DNA of 62,248 nucleotides, the filler included, from Choristocarpus tenellus KU-1152 (lineage: Eukaryota; Protista; Phaeophyceae), in NCBI GenBank assembly GCA_964200185.2. It is 12 parts of 12 records of this genome, joined end to end, with 100 filler letters (N's around TTAATTAATTAA, not from the genome) between each part and the next. Parts side by side here need not be neighbours in the genome. Positions count along the whole stretch, not along the records: positions 47,672 to 50,338 come from CAXNAD020025810.1; positions 50,439 to 58,649 come from CAXNAD020004991.1; positions 58,750 to 62,248 come from CAXNAD020019619.1; 9 more parts are not named here. One strand, given 5' to 3'. The notes under the pieces are model-generated. The model worked only from the letters and a program-made list of their open reading frames with translations, had not been told where the DNA came from and ran no database searches. The translations under genes were made by a program, and so were the position numbers. Below, piece by piece: positions 49,741 to 62,248 of this stretch. Position 1 is the first letter of the stretch. Each line of letters starts with the position of its first letter.

Positions 49741-50438
49741 AGAAATAAAGAAGGGTCAATGAGAGAAACAAACAGTACTAATAATAAATAAAGAGAAGAA
49801 ATAAAGATAAAAGGAGCAATTAATAGAAAATAAAAAATAAAAAATGTGTGGATGATGAGGGTAACAAAGTGGAAACTGAATAGTAAATAAAATAAAGCAC
49901 AAAAAGTAAAAGGGAAGAAAAGAAGAAAAGAAAAAGTCACTAAATAAGGAGGGTAACAATTATAAAAAGAAAATGAAATTCAAAATCAGGGGGTGATGGG
50001 ATGAGAACTAAAAATAAATGACATTAGAAAAACATAAGGATTCAAGATCACAGAGAGTTGTTAAAACATAGAAAAGAGGAAAATAAATAAATAAATAAAA
50101 GTAGTGAATTCAGTGTTTATATTTTCCAAGAACTTCAGCCTATACAACCAATGTATAATACAGTGTGCTCTAATGTGGGCAGCTTCATTTTAACTTCTGC
50201 TGTCTCACACCCCTTTCAGTTACTTATGATTTTCAATGCTTTAATCTCTTGTTCTAGCATGTACCAGCTGAACCTCACCTTGTCCCTCAGGCATACAGTT
50301 GTTACCTGCTGGAAGGTTTTCTGGAGGAGGCACTCATCNNNNNNNNNNNNNNNNNNNNNNNNNNNNNNNNNNNNNNNNNNNNTTAATTAATTAANNNNNN
50401 NNNNNNNNNNNNNNNNNNNNNNNNNNNNNNNNNNNNNN

Positions 50439-50467
50439 CCGCCACCCCCTCCCAGATACTTTGAGCC
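50439..50467. mobile_element. MITE-B terminus at contig start
   Basis: CCGCCACCCCCTCCCAGATACTTTGAGCC. Confidence 0.65.
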
Positions 50468-51106
50468 TGGGGCACTGTGAGAGCTTCGTGCATAATCATG
50501 TGTTTGTGTGTGTATGACTCAAAGTAAGAATTAAAACGTTTCGGGGAGTTTATCATTCTTACCATGGTTTAACAGCAAGAATATGCGAGCGAGGATGCCA
50601 GGTATGATAAGAAAATGTGGACCTTGATCAGTCTCTACAACTCCCCCTCGCCTTCCCAGCTCTGAAAGGTGCCGATCGTTCTACTATCTGTTTGTGCCGA
50701 AGGATTATGTGCATGTCTGCCGACTTTAACGCGATATTTATCCTGTGTTAGTCTCATTAGTTGTGTTGAAAGGAGCGGTTCAATTCTGTGCATCTTGGGT
50801 CTTGAATGCCGTAGGGTGGAAAAAGTATATATTCCCGATTTTTCTTTTCATGTAGTGTACAATGGGAATGGCAGATTATCTGGGTATTGTAACTGTAAGC
50901 CCTCTTTCCTCAATTTTTTGTGCAAGAACTGCGCAGTGAGTTTAAGAACGTACTGTAGATTATACTCCTACTTCTAAGTACTATACTTGGCGATTGTAGT
51001 TTATATGTTATTGTTGACCAATGAAAACATCACGAGTTGTTACTTTTCCCCTCCCATTTCTAGTACCTGCTCCACCTTTCACTAAACAAAATGTCCATCT
51101 ATTTAG

Positions 51107-54100
51107 GGCGCTGGAAATCACCCTGTGCCAAGAAGTGGCATCTGTGGCCACAGCGTTCGAAGTTCGGTCATCAGAGTGGAATGGCAGCCTTGGTTCCAAG
51201 CGATCGACCTTCCAGGTACGGCGTCACATTAGTCCTATCACATCATTGGCCAATGCATGCAATGAAGAAGGTTATCTCTAGTATGTGGTTGAGGAAAATT
51301 GAAGGTCACTCCTTGCTCGATATTCACAACTCGTATTGATTGTGGCTACAGGGTGTCAAGGGAGTACAGTGGTCAAAGTTCTGGCCTTTGGCAGGGGTTT
51401 AGCTTTCCTGCTGTGGAGAAGAAGGGACTGCCTGCCTCTAGCTGTTGATTTATCTCGCGGGATGTGCAATAACTATGTAAACCTCCTGTGTGCATAGTTT
51501 GTTGCCTCAAGCAGAACACCTCTTACGTATTAACCTCTCCTTCACTCCTTAACCAATTGTTTGGCTGGGAGATTAGACTTCTACTACTACCACTACTACT
51601 ACAATATACTTTTACTACTACTACAATATACTACTAATACTACTAAAAAAATTTGGCACACTGCCTCATGAAGGAAGGCCATTATCAAAATTTGTTTGAC
51701 CTGTGGTTCTCATGTGGATCATAGAACTTGCAAGAGTGATAGGACAGGTAAGAAACATTTGATAGATCAATGCTCTTCAAGCTAGGTGTTCCCTTTCCTT
51801 CCCACCTCTTTGCCTCTACTTTCATTGTCTTGAGAGCAAATAATCTTCAAAATCGGCATTCGCCACACCTTCTGTATACTAATGACTTCCTCTTCATCAA
51901 GTAGCTGAACTTGCGGGACAGGAGGAGTTAGGACGCATATATACACTACTATTGTCGTTTCTGGTTCTCAAGACAAAAGTATGGAAAGTGGATACTTTGG
52001 ATCATATAGTATCGTAGAGGGGACCCCTTTGGGTACAAGGGGATATGAAAATCTTCTGTCTCACACCCCCATTCCCATGAGATCCTGGGTATAGAAAGGA
52101 AAAGAAACGCTTGTCTACACTAGCATGAAATCGCCTTCCACACTGCTAGGAGCACATGAACTAAAAGGAAGTCGCAGAGGTCCCTTACATCCAACATCAC
52201 CCCCCTGTAGAATACCACAGCTCTTCAAGTATGTATATATGCATTGTGTAAATGTGGTAGCACTTGGCAGCATTATAGAGAATAGGAAGGGAATAGTAAA
52301 GATACAGTGTACACAGAATGCAGGAAATGGTTTGAAGGTGTTGATGTTTGCTCAACGTCCAATTATTGGCATTCTGATTTTGAGGTCCCAGTTTCCCTGC
52401 AACCAAAGAATATCAAATTGCCACCTGCATCAACTACAGTAGTCAGTCCCTTAAACCTCTGTGCGTCGTCCACCCAGGTTCGAGAGACCAGTGCCTTCAC
52501 AGGGGGTAGCAATGACCTGATCGACTTCAAGTCAGCTTTGGTTGAGATGGATGAGGTAGAGTGGATACCATGTGTAAATTAGGGAGATGGGTTGTGTTTC
52601 TGTTACATATTTTTCCCCTGTTGTGCGGAAGTGATGCAAGATAAGCCGTCTCAACGTAATATCCTTGTCATTTCTTTCTTTTAATTGATATGTAAAGCTG
52701 TGCTTGATTGTTGGTCGGATGATTACCAATTGGGTAAGCTAGCCTAGAGCGGTCTATAGAGGGGATTGTTGTCTTTCATAACCTTTCTTTGTTGGGAGGG
52801 TTTTGATATTCTTTTTCTGAGACAGACATTATGCATAGGATATCCCTCATTCTAAGTCGGACTCCATAAGTTGTCCCAGTTTCGGTCTACAACCCATGTA
52901 CCCCACTGAATGTGCACTCCCCCTGATCAGTTATCTCAATCGTCATGTTTCTCCTTGAACCTGTTCCTGAACCCCTCCCTCACCCTCTCCTCCCCACTGT
53001 AGGGAGTTGGGAAAGCGGTCCAGTCAAAATTCGATCCCCAACTCCGGTTGGGTCAAATATTGAGATACCAATGTTCCAGTTGCAAGTTGCAAATATTGAG
53101 ATTCAAAACTATGCTATATACTATGTTGTCTACAGTTGTGTTACATGCTAGTGCTTCCAGCAATCATTGGGTCCATGGCCAGGACCCTTCCATCACATAC
53201 TGTGACTGCTGCTATCCTCTCGGTGTAAGGAATCAGGAAAGCGGTCAAGGTAGGGTTTGAACCTACAGTCTGTGGCCTCTGATTTGACCAGATATAGAGA
53301 TGTTACCACTGTACCACCAGACCCAAGGCAGAAAGTCGTGCATCTGTCTGCTGTGGTGGTACAACCGTATCTCACAATGGAAAAGGCCAAGGACATCCCC
53401 AGCTTTTGAAATAGGGTTTGAGTTTAGTTGACAGTATGGAATGACAAAGTTATTACTTATACTATTTGTGAGTATGTGTACCGCAACTTCATATAGCTCT
53501 GCTGACTGCCGATTTCTGAGCCGACAGAAAGTGGCAAAGTCCCAGAGTAGTCGGCAGTTTGTCCAGAAAAGGGCCCCAATTTAGAAACTTCGACACTCTC
53601 CCTCTCCCCTCATAGTAGTGGCACGCACTGGTGGGGAGTCTACTTCTGGTTGTACAAAGAGTCTTTGTTCGGCAAGTTCTGATAATGGTCTTCCTGAATG
53701 GTGCAGGGAAGGAGTTATTTATTTTGTGTGTGCTGATTTGTTTTGTGCCAAATTGAAGACAGGGTATACAAACAACATCTACAAACATATCCTATTTCCT
53801 CAGCCAGGCCTTCGTTATCCTTGGACATGTGGTATATGCAATATCAACACTCCTATTTCATGGTTGTTTGTATGATCTTGGGAACCTAAAACAGTAAAAA
53901 CGAAGTATATGGATAATTATCTTCAAGTGTGTAGATGGTGTTCCAGAGTGAATGGATCCTATTGGCTCAATGTAGAGTAACGTATACAGTACATGCCATG
54001 CTATTGGTTCCACAGTTTTGTTCTTCCCAAAGTTTTCCCAAATGTCTCAAGAAATATTACTGTTTCTAATTTTTTCTTGGCACGTCTCAATATGCACACG

Positions 54101-56080
54101 AGCAAATTCACTGGAAAACATACTACGTAAAGCATTCTCTTCTGTGCATTGCCTCCTACACTTCCTCAATTTTGGCTCTGTCTTCCATCCCACTTCAATT
54201 CAAACAAAAGACAAAATGTACCAACAAATCCTCCCCACAACAAAAGGTCTCTGACTCAGCAATGAATGCCCCTGAAGTTGGAGCACCACCTCGCCCATTC
54301 AAGTGCTCGTTGGTGACTGGGGTTGAGGTTGATAACTCATCGGAAGTTGAGGGAGAGGTTAAGCGCATGGACACCACACTTGTTGGTGGGGAGGTCAGCC
54401 ACATGTGAGTGAAGTACCCTCGGTTAGTAATGTATAGGTTCCCTCCTTTGACAAAGTATCACAACTCCCAATAGTTTGGGGCTAGCATGAGGCCAGTGGG
54501 GGGCCAAGCAAGGAGGATTGATAAGGATCTTGTGCAGTGCTTGAGCTGGGAGGCATTGAGGTGGCTTCGATAGAAGATTGACCCCTAGCTGTGGAGCACC
54601 CTGTTCTGCAGTAAATTCTAGGGAAGATGAGAATGTATGTGTTCTTGAGTGTATCCCTTGGGAGCATAGTGTTGCCCTTCAAAATTACCTCCGCATTGTT
54701 GGTAAACCAGAGGACTTGTGCGCAGGCAACAGCACACTGCAGCAGGTGAATGGGATGATATATCTCTTCTGTGAACAATGGTGTATTCTGAGGCCATGCC
54801 AAGTAGTAGCCCAGTAGAATGAGTATGAAACGGTCAATAAGTCAAGTGTCAAATTAGACGTGCTGGGAGGGTTGTTGAAATTGATCATGCAAATCAGTTG
54901 AAGTGTTGTCAAATCTTTTCTGCAAAGGATAACTCTAAAGGGGATATCTCTAAGGGAGATCATAAAAATGCAATGGTGTTGATGTGTCTTGGTATATCAA
55001 GGGATAGCTAATACAATAAGATGGCGCATTTACTTCAAGTACGTACAGCATTTTCTGCAATGATAAGTAGATGCTTGGGGTGACGTCATCCTACTTTCAT
55101 TGACTCAAAACCTTTCGGCTGGTTGGGCTAGGGTTGACACATCTTCCCCCCTTCTCGCAGGCACCTGCTTAGCTGCCTTGAGCGTTCAAGTTCTCCTGAA
55201 GCAATAGAACGGGCTCGCAACTCCTGTTCCCGATTTCGGAAGACCGTTGCTCAGGTGGACCCGGGAACCATGAAGAAACAGCAGATCTCTAAGCTTGACG
55301 GGCACAATTGCTTCTGTGTCAAAGTTTGCTCTACTTTCAAGGGTTAGAAGGTTCAATTTTTTTTAGATCATTTTGTGCGAAGCAAAACTTCAGGATCGTT
55401 CATTGTCAAGGCTGAACTGATGCCTGCTAGCATCCACTCTGGATCTTGATTCTCATCCCATGAAATGAGCAGGAGCAAGTGTGGGTGAAAATTTCTCACT
55501 GGTGAAATTTTTTCTATTTGCTCACCCCCAGTACGTAATCAATGTGTGCATCAGAGCCAAGGTTTAAGACAATGTTCTTTCTGTATGAATTTTTTTTTGT
55601 GGTGAAGGAAGAAATGAATTGCATTCCACTTTCATGAGTGCCTGTTGCATTGACCTTTTCTTGAAGGATGATACTGAGTTCGACACATGTTTCAGTGGCT
55701 ACTACTGGTGTGATACTAAAGTTCAAAATGCTCCATCTTGAACCGAATTTCCATGCCTCCTCTGCTTCAGCCACTGTCATCATTTTGATGTTGAGATATT
55801 GCCCTTCTGGCATTCCTCAATTAATGATATGCTTTTGTTGAGCACAGCCATCATCATATTTAGTTGTGAGAAACGGAAAGAAGTGTTTTTTGCTACTAAT
55901 CTGACTTTGCGGTGGTTTCCTGGAACATGGAATAGATATATTGGTTTCCTGGTCTCTACAGCTTTGAAATTCTCATTTGACCAATTTCCGTCGTGTATCT
56001 CCATCTCAGATACTTGGCATAACCCGGCCGTTCAGTTTCAGTTGATGGCCAAGGCTATCCTCTTGTCGGAAGCTGAATGA
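51107..56080 (+). CDS. Multi-exon gene (3' part) of unknown function, many short exons
   Basis: Candidate exons with acceptor/donor sites: 51107-51215, 52478-52555, 53003-53046, 53230-53249(?), 53616-?(?), 54247-54404, 54622-54745, 55161-55254 and terminal 56042-56080. C-terminus HLLSCLERSSSPEAIERARNSCSRFRKTVAQLMAKAILLSEAE*. Some internal junctions are unresolved. Confidence 0.55.
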
Positions 56081-56869
56081 ACTGATGCTCTTATGCTACA
56101 AGTCGGAAGCGGAGACATTGCACAGGAGTTGGCGGCACAGTTTCTGGGAAATGTTCCTTGACAAAGACGATGGCTCTCATTGATAAAACATGATGCATTT
56201 GACCACCAGATATGGGTGGTAAGACGGTGCACCAGTTCGTAGTACATCAAGGAAAGGAGGAGCTGCTCACTTCATCAACATTCTTCTGACCATCTTGTGT
56301 TAGGGTGGATGCAATGAGGATGTTGTTGCCGTCTTGAGGGCCACGATAGGACAGGGTATTTCCAGATGCACCTAACCTACCGGAGTAATGGTGGATCCGT
56401 GCATATCATCTGCCTTGGATTGGAGATTGCTGTTAGTGTGATGCAATAGGCTAAAGCTTCTATTGATTGTGTGTCCTTTTTGCCACTGATCATCGAACAC
56501 TACTTTTGTGGTTGTGTGATGTTTATTATATTGTGTGTTAGACTTGCTGTGCTGGTAGATGTGAGGGAGTTGGGTGGGATTAAGCGTTTTTGTCCGCCAC
56601 ATTGTGTGGTCTTGTTAATACTCGCAAGTTGCTAGGCATAGAAAATACTGACAATGGCATTAGAGTACACTGCCTCTATTTGACCTATCTAGAGTGTGCT
56701 ATGACAACTGTGCAACCAACTACTCTTGATTGACTCACCCTAACCTCAACAGTTCCCCATGGGCTATTGTGAGATGACTATTAGTGTGGTGCAGCACTCA
56801 AACGCAGCTTGCACCAACGTAGTTCTAGACGTATCGCCCTATTGACTTAGGGGTTGTACATGTACACAG

Positions 56870-56913
56870 GCACACATACACACACACACACACACACAAA
56901 CAAACAAACAAAC
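56870..56913. repeat. (CA)n/(CAAA)n compound microsatellite
   Basis: Direct reading. Confidence 0.85.
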
Positions 56914-57651
56914 ATGAGTGAGTGTTTCATTTCAGAATATGATATTCTTTGAAGTAGAATGGCTTCATATCCTTACCCATCCTCATATTAGTACATGGAT
57001 GATGTGTCAGTGCTGTTGATGGAATAGAAACAACTATTCTTACAGCATGAGGTATGCATGGAATACAGCAACAGTTCACATTGCTCAGAAAAAAAGTAGA
57101 ATACATGAAGTAGTAGAGACAAGCTGCAAATTTGAGGTGGTGGGGGTGTGATTGAAAAAGCTCTAGTTACACATTGAAAATGGATACACGTTCTATTGAA
57201 CCAATGTAGGTGCGCTCGCACCATACAACATCCCACCTCCTTGTATTGTTTCCATCAATTCAAAATGTTAATAATATTGTTGGCTTCAATAATTGCTAGA
57301 AGTACTACCATGGCGATGGTGCTTGTTTGTCCTGATAATACTGCAACTACTATTCTTTGGAATATTTGATAAGGAATGTAGGGTATTTGAAGTGTTGCAA
57401 CCCGTATTTTGATCATAATTGCTGGTAGCAAACATGCGTGTGTATTCAAATGCTTTTAATCTGTCTACTATATGCAAGCAATAGTATTGAATGCCAAACT
57501 TCAAGTACCTCATGCGACTGATACCAAGGGTAAACAGGGTATGAACTGTTCTATGGTATGGTCATCCTTTGACCCAAGCAAACGCATATGACAACATTAT
57601 GTTGAGTGTAAAATGTTTCTCCCCACAAAGAATACGAAGTAATCAACATTA

Positions 57652-57912
57652 GAGTCAAAGTATCTTAGAGGATAGAGCCATGTCCGTTTGGGGACCAAAA
57701 TCCAATATTACGATTTTGACGTAATTTTGACTATGATGTTTGTTAGCAATTGTCAATATCCTTGTTCCGGACACACATTTTCAGAACGTATACATGTTAC
57801 CTACTCTAAAATATTTCGGAGTAGGTGAAATGTACTAAAAAAAACTCGTGGGAAGCCAAGCCCCAAACGGAGAAAGAGAGCAAAAATCGTACCCTCTAAG
57901 ATACTTTCACTC
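57652..57912 (+). mobile_element. MITE-A copy, 3-bp TSD TTA
   Basis: tta|GAGTCAAAGTATCTTAGAGGATA...TACCCTCTAAGATACTTTCACTC|tta. Confidence 0.93.
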
Positions 57913-58789
57913 TTAGCTACACTTCCTCTACCTCCTCTAGTCTTGACGTGAGTGGATATATATATATATATACTGTTAGTTGTACACATTTTATTGCACT
58001 CAATCAAACATCTTTGTGTCCATCTCTCTCCTGTGACATACACACCAAAACAAGGGCAGTAGGGATCCAGTACAGTAGTTCTTGTAGACCTAGTATTATT
58101 CGACTTGGTCTTCGTGCATTTGTCAACATCAAAGTAGCCTTCGCACTAGTGAATGATGTACCAGGAATCACTATATCAAGTGTTAGGAAAGGTAAATCGG
58201 AGATATTATCACGTTGGACAAATCAAATCCGATTTTTGGCGTATGAATCAATTTCCAACAAATCAATTGCCGTTCCTGTCATGAATCTGAGTTGTACGTG
58301 TTGGGGCACATGCTAAAAAATACAGATTTAGGAGATAAATATTTCATTTGTCGATTCCAAATCAGATGTGCCCGTTTTTATTTATAAGAGTGGTGTGGGA
58401 GAAACATTCCAACAACCTAGTGAGATGCTGAGAAACAAGAGATCCGATTCATAATATTTTTCCTCACAAACAATCACAAAAATCTCATTAGGGAGGGATT
58501 CAACTCAACTTAAGAGTATTGTGTTCGATTAGACTCTTCCAACTCTATCGGACAGTTACGGTAAAATATGTATGTGTGAAAGTGTCAAAGGTGCCAAGTT
58601 CTTTTTTGCTCAAGGGAGCAATCACAATCACCGGACTGAACTCTTTCACNNNNNNNNNNNNNNNNNNNNNNNNNNNNNNNNNNNNNNNNNNNNTTAATTA
58701 ATTAANNNNNNNNNNNNNNNNNNNNNNNNNNNNNNNNNNNNNNNNNNNNATCAGAAGAAATCTGGATGTCGTGTTGGTGCTTGTTGGGT

Positions 58790-58820
<31 letters not shown>

Positions 58821-58822
<2 letters not shown>

Positions 58823-58988
58823 GTTGGGGGGAGGGTGGTAGCTGTCAATTTGGGGCCAATTTTTTCATGTCGCGATTTTGGGGTGATTTAGTTGCATGCG
58901 TCGGATGGATGATATAAGTGTACTTCTCCTGGTCAGGGCCCGAACGGACACCCTGGTGAAGACCCCCCCCCCCCAGATACTTTGAGCC
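58821..58988. mobile_element. MITE-B copy (reverse orientation, left end lost in a poly-G tract)
   Basis: Reverse complement of the 35690-35868 interior, ending CCCCCAGATACTTTGAGCC. Confidence 0.8.
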
Positions 58989-59507
58989 TGAAAGAGACTG
59001 AGTATGGTCTCCAAAGCGGGAAGCATGTCAGTAGTGCTTGGGGACTGAATGGGAGATAGATAGGTGGGGAGTGGGGGGGCGTAGAAGTGCAACAATATTG
59101 ACTCCCGAAGGTGAGCTTGGAAGGAGGAGTATATAGAAATGAGTCAGTACATGCTGCGATTGGTTGAGTCAAGTATGTGAAGGTGCAATAAAAAAACAAC
59201 CCAGAGAAGGACAAACACGTGTTTGTGGTGGGGACATCAGGAAGGGTCAAGCTCCAAACAGAGGTTTCAAGCTGTGGAGTATCTCTAGTGAATATAACAA
59301 ACCAGCACCAGGAGTGAAGACCATGCATGATAGACAGAAACAGTGGTATGCTTAACCCCTTAGTCCCCTGAATCCCTAACCCTGCTTGAATGTTGGTAAG
59401 GGTGTCCATTGGATGTCTTGAAATGATGGTATGAGTAGAAATCACCCTCCTTTGCAAAATGTGTGTGTGTATGGCATAGGAAAGGAGGTGCTTGCAAAAA
59501 ATGGTAC

Positions 59508-60854
59508 CAGGTTCTTATCTCGTCATCAAGACACAAGTTCCACTGAAGACTCAATTAAACTCCCCGCTGCATCGCATCCCATTGCACATCTATTCCAAAC
59601 AACACAAGGTTACCTTACGCTCTTTCCACAAGCGATTGTAGGGAACTTCAAGCACGCACCGATCAACCAACAGCTTCCTGATCAATCAATGTTTTCTCAC
59701 TAACCTCCTGCTAAACCTTAGCGGTTGATTTTTTGTCGCACAGGAGACTGCAGGTGCTAAACACAGGTGCTAAACACAACCATCAACACATATATCATAC
59801 TCTGGAAGCCAATCCAGTCGCAGGGTGAACCTCACAGTAGGTGGCATTCTCGTTCGTCGTAAGATCTAACCTGATGGGAGCTGATGCTGGGGTATCGCGT
59901 TAGTCCATCCTCTGGGAGGGAAGCGTCGGACGATCTCTGCATGGGTCCGGTGCTCAGTACGCGCCCGTTCGCCATGATAGAGCTTCTGAGGCGTGGAGGG
60001 AAGCAATCAAGGTACGAAATAGCCAAAACGATTGGGAGATCATCATTCGTTAGTCGGGGTTTCCATCCTGTGTTGAGAGCATTGATCATCGAGAGTAAAG
60101 CTTGTATTGGACAGGGAGGATGAGTAGAAATGATTGAAGTGTAGGTGAATAGGAGTGTTGGTGAGTGCGTGATAAAATAAACATTAACAGAGAAGGGTCA
60201 TTCGAACGGTTTCGATGTCGTTGATCTGGCATCATCACGTCCAACAGCTAACGGGGTTCGCTAAGGCATTGAAAATCTAGACCTAATACTCAATGCAGAG
60301 AGAACGGACGATTTATGTTATCCAACCTAAGTCGTACAGGATAACACTAGTTCAACTACCGCCTTCGCATCCCCTGTCGACATAAGTCGACTTCCTAGTA
60401 CAGGGGAGGTGAGATGATCTAAAAAGGACACTAGCGGCAAAACCTGATCCCAACACCTCACTTATCGTTTCTACACATCTTCTTCATGAAAGACAAGGCA
60501 TTTCTCGAATGTTATAGTTCCCTACCTTGTAGCCAAGGAACAAGTCGATAAGTCTTTCAGAATTGATGTTTCTGTCAGAGGAAGCACACCCTTTGTGCCC
60601 CGCCCTACACGGCTACTGAGACCACGTTGAAAGCCGCTAGACGAAACCTGGGCATCTTGCTTGAATCCACCAACAGCATAGCGTTCATGGAAGGCTCTGG
60701 GGGAAAAACAGGCCCCCACTGCACGTTTCTGCAACCCCAGTAGGATGCGGGACTGAACATGACTATATGGTCCTATGCGCGAAGACACACAAAATCTGGT
60801 GGACTTTGCCACCCTTAGCCCAACTTCATTGCCAAGCTTCAATGAGAGTATCAT
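59508..60854 (-). CDS. Probable 5' exons of an unknown gene
   Basis: Phase-consistent chain 60854-60526, 60394-60360, 60067-59836, 59677-59614 and 59542-59508, giving ...RSYDERECHLLKLLVDRCVLEVPYNRLWKERKWNLCLDDEIRT... The true start is uncertain. Confidence 0.4.
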
Positions 60855-62248
60855 ATTATCTCCCCTTCCTTGACGAGCAGCAAAGCACGCAAGCTTTTGC
60901 AGGTTGTAGGTTGGCTACCTTGTCTACCTCTGAACTGTATCAGAAGATCATAGTTACATAATACGTCCTACTGCGTACTAGTGTATATATTTATGATGTG
61001 TGTGCAACGTACAAACGACCTCAAGAGACACCACATAATGGGCCCTGGGGTGAAACAGATTTAGGTAGTCTCTTGAGGTCGGATGTGTCAGATACGCTAC
61101 CACTTAATATAATATGGACAAACATTGCGCTTGGACTGTGAAATATATTGAACAATAGAAAAGAATAATTCAATTTGAGAAGTGATCTAACACTTGTGAG
61201 GTGTTCTAAAACAATGTACTATACATGAAAAAAACGTCAGTCAGTATTGATGAATACGTGAGATGATTGAATAATACTATATATTGTATTTTTTGGTATT
61301 TGGACAACCAACTATAAATCATTTACACTCAGGGCATCCATCTCCTATATACGCACGTTTTCAACCCGTTTCGTTTTGCTTTTTGACATTTTTGGGCATT
61401 TCCAAACCGAAAATCGTGACAAGTGGGAATTATACGGCAATTTTAAAGCATTTCTGAACGAGGCAAATCTGAACGGAGGGTGGATCAGAGGATTTGTAAC
61501 CAGTTTTTAACACTGATTTCAAGCAGATGGGCATGCCAAGGGACCAGGGGGGAGGGGGATCTTAAGAGTATGTGAAGAGGGAGGTGGGATTTGCTGAGCT
61601 TAGGAAGAAGTTCACAGCACACTACAAGTACAAGGAAGGGAGAAAACGGAGAGGTTGTTTGGATGAGTTCCTGATGATGGAATCTTGCTTGTCAAACAGT
61701 AGTTTGCGTTTTGCGCTGTTGACACTTTGTGTGTGATAGGTAACGGTACAATTGGTATTTTACTTTTGTGAAGTACCTAAAAGAGGAAGTAGGAAGATGT
61801 AATACAGGACAGTCATTTGTCAGTACAATATAGAGAGTGGTTGAAAGTCTACAGTCAAAAGAAAAAATTAATTGCCACTGATTGTCCTCATGGACAAGAG
61901 CAGCTCACTTCGTTCTGAGCAGTGGATAATGTTATACCCTTACCAACCTTCTGAAGAGCGCCGGGATCATCATTGCGCACAAAGTGAGAGTTTTATGAAG
62001 TAAACTGAGTTTTGTGGGCGAAATAATTCTGGTTGGTTGGGGGCACAGGGCAAGAATGTGGGGGAAAAGGAAAAGAAAGAAGTAGGAAGAGAAGGAATAG
62101 TTAAGGAAGGAACGAGATGGTTAATGGAAATGAGTGGCAGGTAGAAGGAGGACAACAAGCCAATTAAATTAGTTCGAAGGGGAAAGAACACCAGGGGTAT
62201 AAGGCGAGGAGGGGAGAACAAGGCAACCTCCGAGCAAGCTTCTCCCAC

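Noticed and set aside
48763-49959. Hydrophobic Phe/Leu-rich ORFs on the - strand
   Set aside because: Translation artefacts of A-rich low-complexity DNA.
55514-56250. Chain of - strand ORFs suggesting a decayed viral or TE gene
   Set aside because: No recognisable motif. The region is better explained as intron and last exon of the + strand spliced gene.

Overview
Eukaryotic, intron-rich, repeat-dense DNA. It is probably stramenopile/brown-algal, which I infer from gene structure and TE types and cannot prove. The window is 12 short contigs joined by 11 artificial 100-bp spacers (N44-TTAATTAATTAA-N44), so adjacency across spacers is meaningless. Two complete genes can be spliced by hand: a 7-exon mitochondrial-carrier (SLC25) gene (429 aa, - strand) with a degenerate gate motif and a long N-terminal extension, head-to-head with a 3-exon NIP7 gene (180 aa, + strand). 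Several partial multi-exon genes are also present: an MMS22L-like fragment, a multi-pass membrane protein, a possible mu-homology-domain terminal exon, and unknowns. The rest is TE debris: Copia, Gypsy, CRE-like non-LTR ends and a DD40D plant-type mariner pseudogene. The most striking pattern is an abundant group of non-autonomous DNA elements. Ten ~260-bp copies of one MITE have GAG...CTC ends, a conserved internal 42-bp palindrome and target-site duplications that vary from 3 to 5 bp, and further subfamilies share the same 14-bp terminus. A separate pair of TG...CA inverted-repeat elements has 5-bp TSDs, one only 67 bp long.
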